Shown here one piece after another: positions 37,545-47,478 of a DNA stretch of 64,000 nt. Each line of letters opens with the position of its first letter. Within the stretch, counting starts at the first letter, position 1. Under the pieces are notes generated by a model. That model was given only the letters and a program-made list of their open reading frames with translations, made no database searches and was not told the origin of the DNA. Both the position numbers and the translations under genes were made by a program. Origin of the DNA: Acinetobacter phage EAb13; sequence record OQ717042.1; one strand, written 5' to 3'.

Positions 37545-38315
37545 TTAAAATTCTGAACCAGTTCGGTACATACCGTTGTCAACTTGATTTAACATTGCCT
37601 TATCACCAGCTTGGATAAAGCCGTAATACTTATTCAGGTTTTGCGTTGGTAAATTTTCATCCACTTTACCTTTAAAATATGGTGAATTGATTGGGTCATC
37701 AATACCACTATACTTGCGGGATTCAACGTTAAAGCTGAATAAATGGAAACCAATTTTATATGTACCAAAAACAATCTGAATTGGAGTACCAATTTCACTG
37801 GTAGTTCGTGCACCAAAGGTACGGGAACTAAGGTTACCATCTTTATTTTCATTGACTTTTGGTGTTGGTGCCAATAACTGCATGATACCTGAGATCATCA
37901 TACCAAAACCCATACTCATTACCATGGTTGTGGCAGCACCAGCAATGGAAGCATAGGCACCTGTATACAAGGCTGGGGCCAAGTATGGGGCTACGATTGC
38001 GACAACAACCAAGACAACACCAATGACAATGTTTACCCAACCGCCACCGCCACCTGCACCATGATAGGTTGTTGGACTAACCTCATGTGCAGCAACAGGC
38101 ACGATATCAAACACATGCTTATCGTCAGCATTAGTCGGGTCATTTAATTCTGCCATGGTGTGCAATTGTTTAATTCTGACTGGGACAGGTTTAATTTTCC
38201 CATTCTCAGGATGTTGCACAGCCAATAATTTTAAAGCATCCAACGGAGTAGATGCTTCAACATTTACACTTGCAGGGAATAAATGCTGCAAGTCTTCATG
38301 AAATCTTAGAATCAT
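37545..38315 (-). CDS. tail assembly protein I-like
   Basis: Gly-rich GAGGGGGW followed by long hydrophobic stretch; position between K-like and J-like genes. Confidence 0.65.
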   Translation of the reverse strand: MILRFHEDLQHLFPASVNVEASTPLDALKLLAVQHPENGKIKPVPVRIKQLHTMAELNDPTNADDKHVFDIVPVAAHEVSPTTYHGAGGGGGWVNIVIGVVLVVVAIVAPYLAPALYTGAYASIAGAATTMVMSMGFGMMISGIMQLLAPTPKVNENKDGNLSSRTFGARTTSEIGTPIQIVFGTYKIGFHLFSFNVESRKYSGIDDPINSPYFKGKVDENLPTQNLNKYYGFIQAGDKAMLNQVDNGMYRTGSEF

Positions 38316-38626
38316 TTAAGTTCTCTCATAACAAAGCCACGTCGGATGTAATATTCTGCGAACTCATCTTTGCTATTATAGATTCTATGTCTATGATCTG
38401 GATACGCTAAAAAAGATAAATAATCATCCAGACTCAAATTAATATCGTTACTTGGATGAGAATGCCAGAAGTAAGCTATCTGGTCCTTGTACTTTTCAAT
38501 TTCAGCTTCATCAATAGCAAAGAAATTTTGTGGCTCTTTATGAACGTTCGGCACTTCAACTTGAGTGCCGTCCTTCAAAATAAATCCACAGCGTTCAACC
38601 TCTGGACTCCAAAACTTACTCAACAT
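38312..38626 (-). CDS. JAMM/MPN metalloprotease domain protein (lambda gpK N-terminal half equivalent)
   Basis: Perfect JAMM motif E...HSHPSNDINLSLDD (H-x-H-x7-S-x2-D). Confidence 0.7.
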   Translation of the reverse strand: MLSKFWSPEVERCGFILKDGTQVEVPNVHKEPQNFFAIDEAEIEKYKDQIAYFWHSHPSNDINLSLDDYLSFLAYPDHRHRIYNSKDEFAEYYIRRGFVMRELK

Positions 38627-39095
38627 ATTTAGCCACCTTTTGGTAATTTGGCATTAAATCAATTATGTTAAACCGTGGCACAGCTTGTTCAACATCACGG
38701 TGACGGGAAACCATTTGGATTCTACGCAACCATGCTGGTGTCAAAGAATCCTCTCGCGGCTCACGATCAATCAGTTGATGTAAAAATAACTGATTGCCAA
38801 GATAAATACCAACATGATTAATCACGCTATCATGGACAGCCATACTTAAAACATCACCAGCTCTCATATCTTTGATATCAACACTTGGTAAATGTTCCCA
38901 GTAATCTTCGCTATAAATTTTAGCAAATAAATCTAAGCGAGGGTCATAGAAATGTCTTGGGCGGGCGTAGTTCGGCAGGGCTACGCCACAGGCGCGTTCA
39001 AGCACAGTGGCTACAACTGAATAGCAATCAGATTCACCTTGAATATAAGGAAGCCCAAGCAAATCCTTATACACCTCATATGGGATGTAGTCCAT
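38616..39095 (-). CDS. NlpC/P60 cysteine peptidase domain protein (lambda gpK C-terminal half equivalent)
   Basis: Catalytic Cys in QGESDCYS and His in VINHVGIYLG. Confidence 0.7.
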   Translation of the reverse strand: MDYIPYEVYKDLLGLPYIQGESDCYSVVATVLERACGVALPNYARPRHFYDPRLDLFAKIYSEDYWEHLPSVDIKDMRAGDVLSMAVHDSVINHVGIYLGNQLFLHQLIDREPREDSLTPAWLRRIQMVSRHRDVEQAVPRFNIIDLMPNYQKVAKYVE

Positions 39096-39111
39096 AAAAA
39101 ATTCCTATAAA

Positions 39112-39594
39112 TCAAATATTTACGTGGAAGAACTCAGGTGGGTAATAGCCACGTGGCGGGAATCGTTGTGCCAAGTTGTCACCTAAACGACGTAAGGTTA
39201 AAGACACCTTGGTACTGATCATAGGAATCTGGTAAACCTTCCAAACGTCAGTCCGTACCACTTTACCTGTAGTTTCTGAATTAAACTCAGCTTCAATTTG
39301 ATAGCGAGTAACCAAAGCGCCTTCCAATTTCCCAGACACGGCCAGTTTGTTGAACATGGAGTCAGGGTTTGCAAGGTCCACGGTTGGTCGGCTTTTCTCA
39401 TCTGTTTGAGTCATCAAATCACCAGAGATAGCAAAATCTTGGTAAAGGTATGATTCATTTTGATATTTAAAATCAAAAGAGTCACAGATAAAAATATGCT
39501 GACCGTTGATCAGCTTAATTTTTAGCAAGTTAATTGTCGTTTTTTGTTGGAGGGAGTTTACCTCCAACAAATTCAATTCACTATTTTCACTCAT
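39112..39594 (-). CDS. minor tail protein (gpL/gpM-like position)
   Basis: ATG 39594 overlaps upstream stop as ATGAGTGA; lies between the tape measure and the K-like genes. Confidence 0.45.
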   Translation of the reverse strand: MSENSELNLLEVNSLQQKTTINLLKIKLINGQHIFICDSFDFKYQNESYLYQDFAISGDLMTQTDEKSRPTVDLANPDSMFNKLAVSGKLEGALVTRYQIEAEFNSETTGKVVRTDVWKVYQIPMISTKVSLTLRRLGDNLAQRFPPRGYYPPEFFHVNI

Positions 39595-40489
39595 TAATAT
39601 CACCCTTAGATAACTGTTGAAATGGGGTTTCAACTAATGTTAGTTCAATTGTTGGAAGGATACCAGAGTTAGCCATTGGCTTGGTCAACGTTAATGGTTC
39701 CTTGAAACGTACTGGGATTATTTCCCCAGCATATTCCCAATCAAATACTTTCTTCAAGCGATTTTGAATATAAAAAACTTCAAGTAATGCAGCATTACGC
39801 TCAGGCCAATAGCTGAAACTAAGTTCATCATTAGGTGTAGTGAAATACTGCAAACCATCTACAGAAACCTTAATGGTTCTTAAAGGTGGTTTATTGTCCT
39901 TGAAGATCATATTGTAGTTGCCACCCAAAGGTGCCACCAAAGTATCTTCACGATACTCCATTTCTACATCATAAAAACCACATGGGAAAGGTATAAGACC
40001 TTCCAAGTTTTCAGTAGGGTCAAAATAGAAATCAGTGTCAATAATTTCAATTAAGGAAATAGTAAATCCCTGAACACTAAAACCATTTGGGTTCTTTTTA
40101 GGCAAGCTAATTGGCTGTCCAAATCGTACCTTCACATCACCATAAACTGGATGAGGATAAACAAACGGTTTGTACATACCATGTTCTAAATAAAAAGCCT
40201 GCAGCTTAGCGTAGTTATACTCGTCAGGACAGTCAGTCAGGCCACCACCATTGTAAAACAAGGTAGAAAATTCTAACTCGAAGCTACGCATTGGCTTTAC
40301 TGTTTGAGAGAAAACATATTCCTGTGAACTGTTATTTTTCACGTTCGCATGAACGAATGGTTCCCTATAAGCAGTACCGAAATTGTGATTGGCCCAGATA
40401 AACCGCTTTAAGGTAGGGTCATCAATGACCCTACCTTTAAGGTTTTGACTGAAATCAAAAGTTTTAATTGGCATATTATTCGTTCGCAA
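39587..40489 (-). CDS. minor tail protein (distal tail, gpM/gpL-like position)
   Basis: 300-aa ORF overlapping the tape measure gene end by 14 nt. Confidence 0.45.
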   Translation of the reverse strand: MRTNNMPIKTFDFSQNLKGRVIDDPTLKRFIWANHNFGTAYREPFVHANVKNNSSQEYVFSQTVKPMRSFELEFSTLFYNGGGLTDCPDEYNYAKLQAFYLEHGMYKPFVYPHPVYGDVKVRFGQPISLPKKNPNGFSVQGFTISLIEIIDTDFYFDPTENLEGLIPFPCGFYDVEMEYREDTLVAPLGGNYNMIFKDNKPPLRTIKVSVDGLQYFTTPNDELSFSYWPERNAALLEVFYIQNRLKKVFDWEYAGEIIPVRFKEPLTLTKPMANSGILPTIELTLVETPFQQLSKGDINE

Positions 40490-43400
40490 TCTGCTTGATT
40501 AATGTTTTCAGCTCACCGCTTCGAGTTAAGTTATCAGAAATGGTCACAATCACATCCTGTTTAGATAATGATTTAGGCACATTACTTTGACTTACCACAT
40601 ACACGTTAGTATTGCTTGGTGGTTTAGCAGGGGCAGCGGCTGGCATAGTGACATTATACTTACTATTCACAACACCAGCAGGGTCTGCACGTAAATTTTC
40701 CAAGAAACCCATACCTACGGTATCTGTTACATCTTTCGGTAAAACATACTCATCAGGTGCCAACATAGCTGGGATGGTATCAACGTTCGGTGCACCATAA
40801 CCTTTTACCAGACCGCCTGTACTATAGTGACCCCACGAACCACCAGATGGTAAGTTATAGTTCATGGTAGCAGAAGGTGTAGCTGCAGATCGGCTTAAAG
40901 CATCTGCCGATGACACGGAACCCATACCTGCCATACCGCCACCAAAATATGCAGAAGCCATACTTGCACCAATTTGAAGAACTGGTTGTAACCATGACCA
41001 TTTACTTTCTTGCATCTGTGGTGCACTGTACGCTGCTTGACCATAGCGAGTTGCTGACGCTGTACCCAACGCTTGTGCAATACCTCTACCAATTCCTGTG
41101 CCACCGATTAGGCCACCAGTTCCATCTTCACCAAACATAGCGCCAGTAAAGATTTGCATGAACTGTTGAACAATACGGTCTTGGATTACCTTCAACATTG
41201 TTTGAAGGATACTATAACCGAAAGCCTTAAATGCATCTTTTGATTCACGGGAACCGCCAATCAGGATTTTAAAGAAGTCATCAAAGCTGTCGGAAGCTTC
41301 CCAAGCTGTACTGATCAACTGGTTGAATGCACCCTGAACACCGCCCAGTACATTTTCAACGTCAGCATATTTCTGGTTCTCAGAATCCATCTGACGCTGA
41401 TTTTTGTTTACAATGGCACGAACAGTTTCACCGATACCAAACTGGCTTGGTTTAAAGTTACCATCAAGCTCTTTCAAGCGTTGCTCAGTTTCACGAAGCT
41501 TAGTTTTCCATTCAATCAGATCGCTACCTTGTTTAGTGAAATCTTCGGTCAGCTTAGTTTGCTGCTTTTTGATTTCAGTAACAGTAGCGTCGCTGATTTC
41601 TTTATCACTAATAGCTTTCGCATTTTCGATCATCTGTGCAGAGATAGCATCTTGCTGCTTTTGTGCTTCCTCAATTTTAGCTGTGATCTCAGCAATGGCA
41701 TCGTTATAAACTATACGACGAACTTCTAGGTCATTCGTCTCAACTTGGTTTTGAGCTTCCAGCCCAAGCTGGCTGATTTTATAGCTCAAATCTTCACGTT
41801 GAATATCAGAATATTTATCTTTATAACGTGGGTCATCCATTAAAGTACGTTTGGCTTGTAAATCACCGATACCTGCTTGGTCCTGTACTTCCCAAGTATT
41901 AAGCTGCTTTTGGAAATCCAAAGCTTGCAAGCTATCTTTAACACGGTTACTGGTTTCAGCAATTGAGTTGTTGATGTTATCAATGAACTCTTTATTTTGC
42001 TTCTTAATGATCTCAGCATATGCATTAGCTGCATCTTTCAACCATTTCTTTCTACGTGTGTCGATATCAAGCTTTAAGTTCTCAGTATCAGTTTTGAGTT
42101 TCAAGTCTGCAGACATAACCACGTAGTTGCCCAATACCTTGTTTTGTGCGCTGTAAGTTACAGCATCAAATTTGGTAAGATCATTGGTCATCTTAATTTC
42201 TTGTTCTTTCAAGTCTTTCAACTGATCAAACAATTTTGCAGCTTCTACAGTTTGCTTGTAGTCATCACCGTTACGGATATCTTTAACGTTTTTCATCTGT
42301 TGTTCAACAGACGCAATTTGAGCCTTGATTTCATCTAGGCCATATTGTTTAGCTTCACGCTCACGCTTACGTTCTTCGGTATCTTTAGCTTGGGCAGACT
42401 GAATTGCATTGTTAGTCTGACTTTGTAAAGAATCCATTTCACGTTGGAAAGCTTGAACACGGGTAGTTAAAGTATCGTACTCGCGCTTTTCAGCAGGTGA
42501 CAGTTTGCTTACATCTTTGTTGCCATACTTGGTTTCTAACAAGTTTGCATCGTTTTCCTGTAAACCTTTTAAACGTTCCAAGATAGCCAAATCAGTCTTG
42601 ATATTGTCAGGAACTTCAATTTCACCAGCTACTTGGAATCGACCACCAGTTTTGCTGACATTAGAGAAGTTAGCCATGATCTTAGAAACGTACTGGCTTG
42701 ACTCAGCATAACGAGCTTTGGCACCACCTTTGTTCTTGTAATTTTTTAAATCACCAGAACCCATGTAGTAAGCACGGTAAGCATCTTCATAGTTACCAAA
42801 TTCTTTGAACTTCTGAGCAATGTACTTGGCACCAGCCATGATGTTGTTTTCATCATTGCCGACAATGCTGTTGTAATTAAAACCAGCGTCTTGAGCTGCA
42901 GCACGGGTAACCTGCATTACACCTACTGCAGATGTAGTGATTGGTTTACCGTTTGCATCATATTTACCAGTTTTACCAAGCACGGTGCTTGAACCCAAGC
43001 TTGACTCAGTAATACTTTGGGCCACTAACAATTCCACTGGTACACCAGTAGCTGCAGAAGCTTTCTTGAAAGCTGGCATTAATGCTTTCAAGCGTTTTTG
43101 CTGGTCCAAGGTCAATGCCTGAGCTTTACCACCAGTCATATTCAACATATTACCGAAGCTGGCATTTGCTGGGATACGACCTGTACGACGCATGTTCAAA
43201 ATGTCAGCTTGAACACTGTTCTGTGCTGATTGAACATTACGTTGATTCTCAGTCATATCTTGTTGACTGAGGGTAGAGCTAAAATGATTGATAAGGTTTG
43301 TGTATTCCTTAAAGCCATTCATCATGTTATTGATACTGGCAATCGTTGTACGTGCATTGGCTTTTTGTTCTGGCGTAGTTTTACTATCAGAAACACGGTT

Positions 43401-46400
43401 CTGGTATTGTTTACGTGCACCATTAATAATGGTGTTGAACTCATTGACTTTAGCTTTAATTTTTGGTAAAGATTCACGCGCTTCATCTGGTGTCATATCA
43501 TTCAGGGTCATTGCAGCCTGAGTAATACTATTCGCCAAGTTCTGGATGGCTTGAGCACTTCCTGTACCACCATTTGCACGGTTGGCTTGAGAAATTGCTG
43601 TGAAGAACTCCATGCCAGTTGCTGGTGGAGCTGAACCATAACCACCACCGACGATACCACGGTTGCTTACACCAAACTTAGCATATGGGTTATTTGGTGT
43701 TACAGCTTGGCCTAAGTTGTTGAAATCATAGACTTTTCCGAAGTTATTCTTACTGACACTGTTAGGGCCAAAGAAGTCGCCACGGTCTTTTAATTCATTA
43801 CCTTTCAACTGAGCTGTGATGTACGCTAAGTTTTGGAGTTCAGCAATCTGGTTATCCAGATTCATTACCAATTCTTTACCTAAAGCTAAGCGTAATTCTT
43901 CCCAACCTAAACGGACCGACTCAATGTTATTTTTTAAGTCTGTGCCAAGGGTAACACCAAGTTCAGATGCACGGTCTTTCAGCTTAGCCATTTCTACAGC
44001 TACGGCTGCAGGGTCATCTTTCAATGCTTCAAAACGTGACTCAAGAGAAACGATTTTCTTATCCGTCTCTTGGATTTCATTTTGGGTATTAGAAATCGCA
44101 TCGTTCAAGTTATTGACCGATGTTTTTGTAGCTTCCATGCTGATTTTCAGATCATCGTTTGAATCACTGAATGCTTTGAACGCTAAGATACCCGCTGAAA
44201 CCAGAGCTGTGATAATTGCAAGTTGTGGGGCAGTCAACATCATGGCTGCGCGTAAAGCAGTCATTGCTGTGGTTGCGCCACCTGCTGCTACACCACTGGC
44301 TGTTGTGGCCGCTGTCATCACTGCAGAAGCTGCCGCTGCTTTACGGTAAATGTCGGCTAAAGCAACTACGGCAGCGATTGAACTACGGATAACCAAAATA
44401 CCTGCAGTCAAGGCACCAGCCATTACGACTACTTGGGTTGTGTAGCGAACTACACCATTATCGGTCAATTCACGGAAACCAATAAGCATGTCACCGATGG
44501 TACGGACCACATCAGTAAGCGTGTCACGTAAACCAGCGCCTGCAACTTCGGCCAGACCTTTGAACTGGTTTGTCATACGATCAGTTTGAGCTGCCAATGA
44601 GTTCATTTGAACTTCGTTAGCATCCATGGCTGCAGTGTTGTTGTCCAAATTTGCAGACAAATCATCGTACATTTGCAAGTTGTTAGATAATGCTGTATAG
44701 AACGCTACCGAACGAACCTCAAATGATTGATATGCATCTGCAGTGGTGAACCCTGCTTCACGTAAAGTTTTTAAAGCACCAACCAGACCTTTTGTACGAA
44801 TATCAACGTCTGCAGCACTCAAACCTAGACGGGTAAGAATGTCTGAGAATTTTTGACTTGGTGCTATGAGGTCTGTCAATAATTGACGGAAACCAGTACC
44901 TAGTGTTGAACCTGAACGCACACCAGCATTGGCAACAGTAGAGACAGATGCCAAGAGTTCTTCAAAGTCTAGGCCAGCATCGGATGCAGCGTTACCCGCA
45001 TATTGAACAGCAAGCTGGAATTTTTGAATATCCAACTTAGATAAGTTCATTGCTTGGGTAATTTGGTTCACAATGGTTGGCATATTTTCAGCGGAGAGCT
45101 GGAAAGCACCAAGTGAAGATGTAGCAATATCCACTGTCTCTTTTAATGACGAACCAGTTGCTGTCGCAAGCAAAGTAACCGATTCCAAAGTCTTTTCAAT
45201 TTCAGACATTGAGAAACCAGCTTGTGCGAGTGACGTTGCCGCATCTGTAATTTCAACTGCAGAGAAACGTGAGTTTTCAGCTACCTTTAAAATTGAGCCA
45301 CTGAGTGATTGCATCTGGGTATCAGTTGCTTGCGAAATTGCCTGAGTTTGCTTCAAGGCATTTTCAAACTCACGTAAGAACTGGTAGCTGCCAGTAATGG
45401 CACCAATACCAGCACCCAACATGGCAAAGTCACGAAGGAAGCTAATACGGTTCGCTAAACGTGAACCAGAAATTTCAGACTCAGACTTTTGCTCAGCTTG
45501 GGACTCTTTAAGCGCACGGGTACGCGCCTTGATAGCATCTACCTCTTGCTGGTATTTAACCACAAGGTCGGTTGCATCTTTTTTGGCTTGGGTATTGCCC
45601 AATTTCTCAGCTTCATATAAAGCTGACTTTGCCTGAGATAAACGCTTGGTCATTGTTACTTGACGAGCGATTAAATCATCTGGGGCAAGCTGTGCAATTT
45701 TGTCTGCAGATAATGTGTCTGTACGCAAGCCACCTTTCAAGGTGTCTTGTAATTTTAAATTACGTTGCTGTTCATCTGCAGTTTTGCGGATAGCTTTTAA
45801 TTCATCATCCGTTTGCTTGAGGTTGGTACGCTTCAAGTTTGAAATGGCTTGAAGTTTTACACGCTCAGCATCTAGGTTATCCAAAATCTTGCTAAGTGAT
45901 GCCAATTCCTTGTCACGGGTTTTGCTATCATCTTGCAAATATGTTTGGGCCATTAAACGGTTAGCTGCAGCAATTTTTTGAGTGTTTGTTGCCAAAGCCT
46001 GTTGAGTGCTACCGCCTGCAAGCGGGTCCTTTGATGGTTGTAAGTTTGCCTTACTAGCCATGAACTGACGAATCGCTTTTTCATCTGCAGCAGTCGTATA
46101 GTTACGATTCAAACGTGATGAAGCAGCAGCCTGAGTTGCATACTCAGACATTGGTTGACGAAGGAATTGTACTGCAGCTTCGTCTTGAAGACGACGCATA
46201 GTTGCCAAGCCTTTCATCTTCACATTCAGATCAGACATTGTTTTTTGGTACTGATCTAATGCTTTGCTGGCTTCCTCAGCTTTCTTAATGTCACCCTGCA
46301 GACGTGCAGTATTTAAACGGGTATCGAGAACATTACGAATAACCTTCGGGTCGTATTCCTTGAACAATGAGTTCATTGTATTTGGATTTGAGAAACGACG

Positions 46401-46766
46401 ACGACTTTCCATCAATTGAACAAACTGATTATCCAATGATGCTTGGTTAGTATTTCGGTATGCTTGACGTTGAATTGTGGCAGGTGTAGTCGTAAGCAAA
46501 TCAATTTGCTGACGCAACCGTTTGAGAGTTTGTGCATTAAGCGGAGAGTCTGCACCCCCAACACCTTTCTGCATTTTTTGAATGTCTTCGTTGATTGATT
46601 TTAATACTGCACCTACGCCAGCAGCGGTCTGGCGTAGTTGTAGCATTCTTTCAGTCAACTGTGTAATTGAACCTAACGCATTACCTGTTAGGTTAAACCC
46701 CACGTCAATGTTGTCGTTCGGAGTATCGTTAGCCATTTCTTTGGTTCTCGAAAAACTGCTTAACAC
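40476..46766 (-). CDS. tail tape measure protein with internal lytic transglycosylase (SLT) domain, 2096 aa
   Basis: Extensive coiled-coil and Ala/Gly-rich TM segments; SLT signature AQSITESSLG ... VGVMQVTRAAA; follows G/GT chaperone genes. Confidence 0.8.
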   Translation of the reverse strand: MLSSFSRTKEMANDTPNDNIDVGFNLTGNALGSITQLTERMLQLRQTAAGVGAVLKSINEDIQKMQKGVGGADSPLNAQTLKRLRQQIDLLTTTPATIQRQAYRNTNQASLDNQFVQLMESRRRFSNPNTMNSLFKEYDPKVIRNVLDTRLNTARLQGDIKKAEEASKALDQYQKTMSDLNVKMKGLATMRRLQDEAAVQFLRQPMSEYATQAAASSRLNRNYTTAADEKAIRQFMASKANLQPSKDPLAGGSTQQALATNTQKIAAANRLMAQTYLQDDSKTRDKELASLSKILDNLDAERVKLQAISNLKRTNLKQTDDELKAIRKTADEQQRNLKLQDTLKGGLRTDTLSADKIAQLAPDDLIARQVTMTKRLSQAKSALYEAEKLGNTQAKKDATDLVVKYQQEVDAIKARTRALKESQAEQKSESEISGSRLANRISFLRDFAMLGAGIGAITGSYQFLREFENALKQTQAISQATDTQMQSLSGSILKVAENSRFSAVEITDAATSLAQAGFSMSEIEKTLESVTLLATATGSSLKETVDIATSSLGAFQLSAENMPTIVNQITQAMNLSKLDIQKFQLAVQYAGNAASDAGLDFEELLASVSTVANAGVRSGSTLGTGFRQLLTDLIAPSQKFSDILTRLGLSAADVDIRTKGLVGALKTLREAGFTTADAYQSFEVRSVAFYTALSNNLQMYDDLSANLDNNTAAMDANEVQMNSLAAQTDRMTNQFKGLAEVAGAGLRDTLTDVVRTIGDMLIGFRELTDNGVVRYTTQVVVMAGALTAGILVIRSSIAAVVALADIYRKAAAASAVMTAATTASGVAAGGATTAMTALRAAMMLTAPQLAIITALVSAGILAFKAFSDSNDDLKISMEATKTSVNNLNDAISNTQNEIQETDKKIVSLESRFEALKDDPAAVAVEMAKLKDRASELGVTLGTDLKNNIESVRLGWEELRLALGKELVMNLDNQIAELQNLAYITAQLKGNELKDRGDFFGPNSVSKNNFGKVYDFNNLGQAVTPNNPYAKFGVSNRGIVGGGYGSAPPATGMEFFTAISQANRANGGTGSAQAIQNLANSITQAAMTLNDMTPDEARESLPKIKAKVNEFNTIINGARKQYQNRVSDSKTTPEQKANARTTIASINNMMNGFKEYTNLINHFSSTLSQQDMTENQRNVQSAQNSVQADILNMRRTGRIPANASFGNMLNMTGGKAQALTLDQQKRLKALMPAFKKASAATGVPVELLVAQSITESSLGSSTVLGKTGKYDANGKPITTSAVGVMQVTRAAAQDAGFNYNSIVGNDENNIMAGAKYIAQKFKEFGNYEDAYRAYYMGSGDLKNYKNKGGAKARYAESSQYVSKIMANFSNVSKTGGRFQVAGEIEVPDNIKTDLAILERLKGLQENDANLLETKYGNKDVSKLSPAEKREYDTLTTRVQAFQREMDSLQSQTNNAIQSAQAKDTEERKREREAKQYGLDEIKAQIASVEQQMKNVKDIRNGDDYKQTVEAAKLFDQLKDLKEQEIKMTNDLTKFDAVTYSAQNKVLGNYVVMSADLKLKTDTENLKLDIDTRRKKWLKDAANAYAEIIKKQNKEFIDNINNSIAETSNRVKDSLQALDFQKQLNTWEVQDQAGIGDLQAKRTLMDDPRYKDKYSDIQREDLSYKISQLGLEAQNQVETNDLEVRRIVYNDAIAEITAKIEEAQKQQDAISAQMIENAKAISDKEISDATVTEIKKQQTKLTEDFTKQGSDLIEWKTKLRETEQRLKELDGNFKPSQFGIGETVRAIVNKNQRQMDSENQKYADVENVLGGVQGAFNQLISTAWEASDSFDDFFKILIGGSRESKDAFKAFGYSILQTMLKVIQDRIVQQFMQIFTGAMFGEDGTGGLIGGTGIGRGIAQALGTASATRYGQAAYSAPQMQESKWSWLQPVLQIGASMASAYFGGGMAGMGSVSSADALSRSAATPSATMNYNLPSGGSWGHYSTGGLVKGYGAPNVDTIPAMLAPDEYVLPKDVTDTVGMGFLENLRADPAGVVNSKYNVTMPAAAPAKPPSNTNVYVVSQSNVPKSLSKQDVIVTISDNLTRSGELKTLIKQIANE

Positions 46767-47145
46767 TTTCTACAGTGTTTAAAACAGGTAGTGACTTAAT
46801 CTTTTCATGGATTATAGCACTACCTTGCGGTTTTTCAGTTCCACCAAAGGCATTTTTTAACAATAGGCCCATTACTTCATATTGTTGTTGATATTCAACT
46901 TGTTTAGTTTGCAAATGAAGCTGTAGCTTCATTTCAATATCTTCGTAGGTTACAGTCCAAAAGAAACTTTGGAGATCAGACGGGTTTATGCCAAAACATA
47001 AACAAACCGCCTGTGGAAAATTTAAGCCTGAGAAGTATTCAAGGTATTGCTTAATTCGTTCACTTGTGGAATCGCTTGGCGAATTTGGTTCGCTGCGGCT
47101 TCGGCTTCTCTCAGCATAAAATTTATTGTTCTTTGAAGCACCCAC
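46729..47145 (-). CDS. tail assembly chaperone T-frame (expressed as G-T fusion by -1 frameshift)
   Basis: Open in the -1 frame relative to the upstream 133-aa ORF with 124-nt overlap; no own RBS or ATG (starts GTG only by ORF-caller convention). Confidence 0.45.
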   Translation of the reverse strand: MGASKNNKFYAERSRSRSEPNSPSDSTSERIKQYLEYFSGLNFPQAVCLCFGINPSDLQSFFWTVTYEDIEMKLQLHLQTKQVEYQQQYEVMGLLLKNAFGGTEKPQGSAIIHEKIKSLPVLNTVESVKQFFENQRNG

Positions 47146-47423
47146 TCATAGATATCCATCATTTCGCTATCTAAAAGACCGAGATTTTCAAGCTCATCTA
47201 AAATCACTTCAACAGTTTTACCCATTGATTCTTTACCTAAAAGCAATAAAGCAGTTGCCTGCATTTTAAATGCTTCGGTAGTTACATACCCCTGAATTTC
47301 CTCAATCGGCATATCCTTGAATAAACGGAAGCGAGTAGCTGCCGTAAATTTAACTTCCATTGGTTCGCCACCAACCATAAAGGTTTTTACACCATAATCA
47401 GTAACTTGATCTTTCTCTGACAT
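47022..47423 (-). CDS. tail assembly chaperone G-like
   Basis: 133-aa ORF directly upstream of the tape measure with an overlapping -1 frame ORF, the canonical G/GT arrangement. Confidence 0.5.
   Translation of the reverse strand: MSEKDQVTDYGVKTFMVGGEPMEVKFTAATRFRLFKDMPIEEIQGYVTTEAFKMQATALLLLGKESMGKTVEVILDELENLGLLDSEMMDIYEWVLQRTINFMLREAEAAANQIRQAIPQVNELSNTLNTSQA
47118..47124 (-). promoter_or_regulatory. candidate -1 programmed frameshift heptamer A_AAT_TTT
   Basis: In the G frame codons ATA AAT TTT; slipping -1 gives AAA TTT in the T frame; located 32 codons before the G stop. Confidence 0.4.
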
Positions 47424-47433
47424 TTTTAAACTC

Positions 47434-47463
47434 CAAAAAATAAACCCTGCTAGGGGCAGGGTT
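47434..47463 (-). terminator. rho-independent terminator after the major tail gene
   Basis: Minus strand: AACCCTGC-ccctagc-GCAGGGTT followed by TATTTTTTGG. Confidence 0.65.
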
Positions 47464-47478
47464 TATTATGTCACAGGA

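Noticed and set aside
40612-46782. Many + strand ORFs of 60-177 aa (e.g. 41404..41709, 43816..44349, 45073..45345) inside the tape measure gene region
   Set aside because: They are antisense to a long, clearly coherent minus-strand gene with coiled-coil and SLT motifs. Their low-complexity composition (Ser/Leu/Ala runs) mirrors the coiled-coil codons. No RBS is present.
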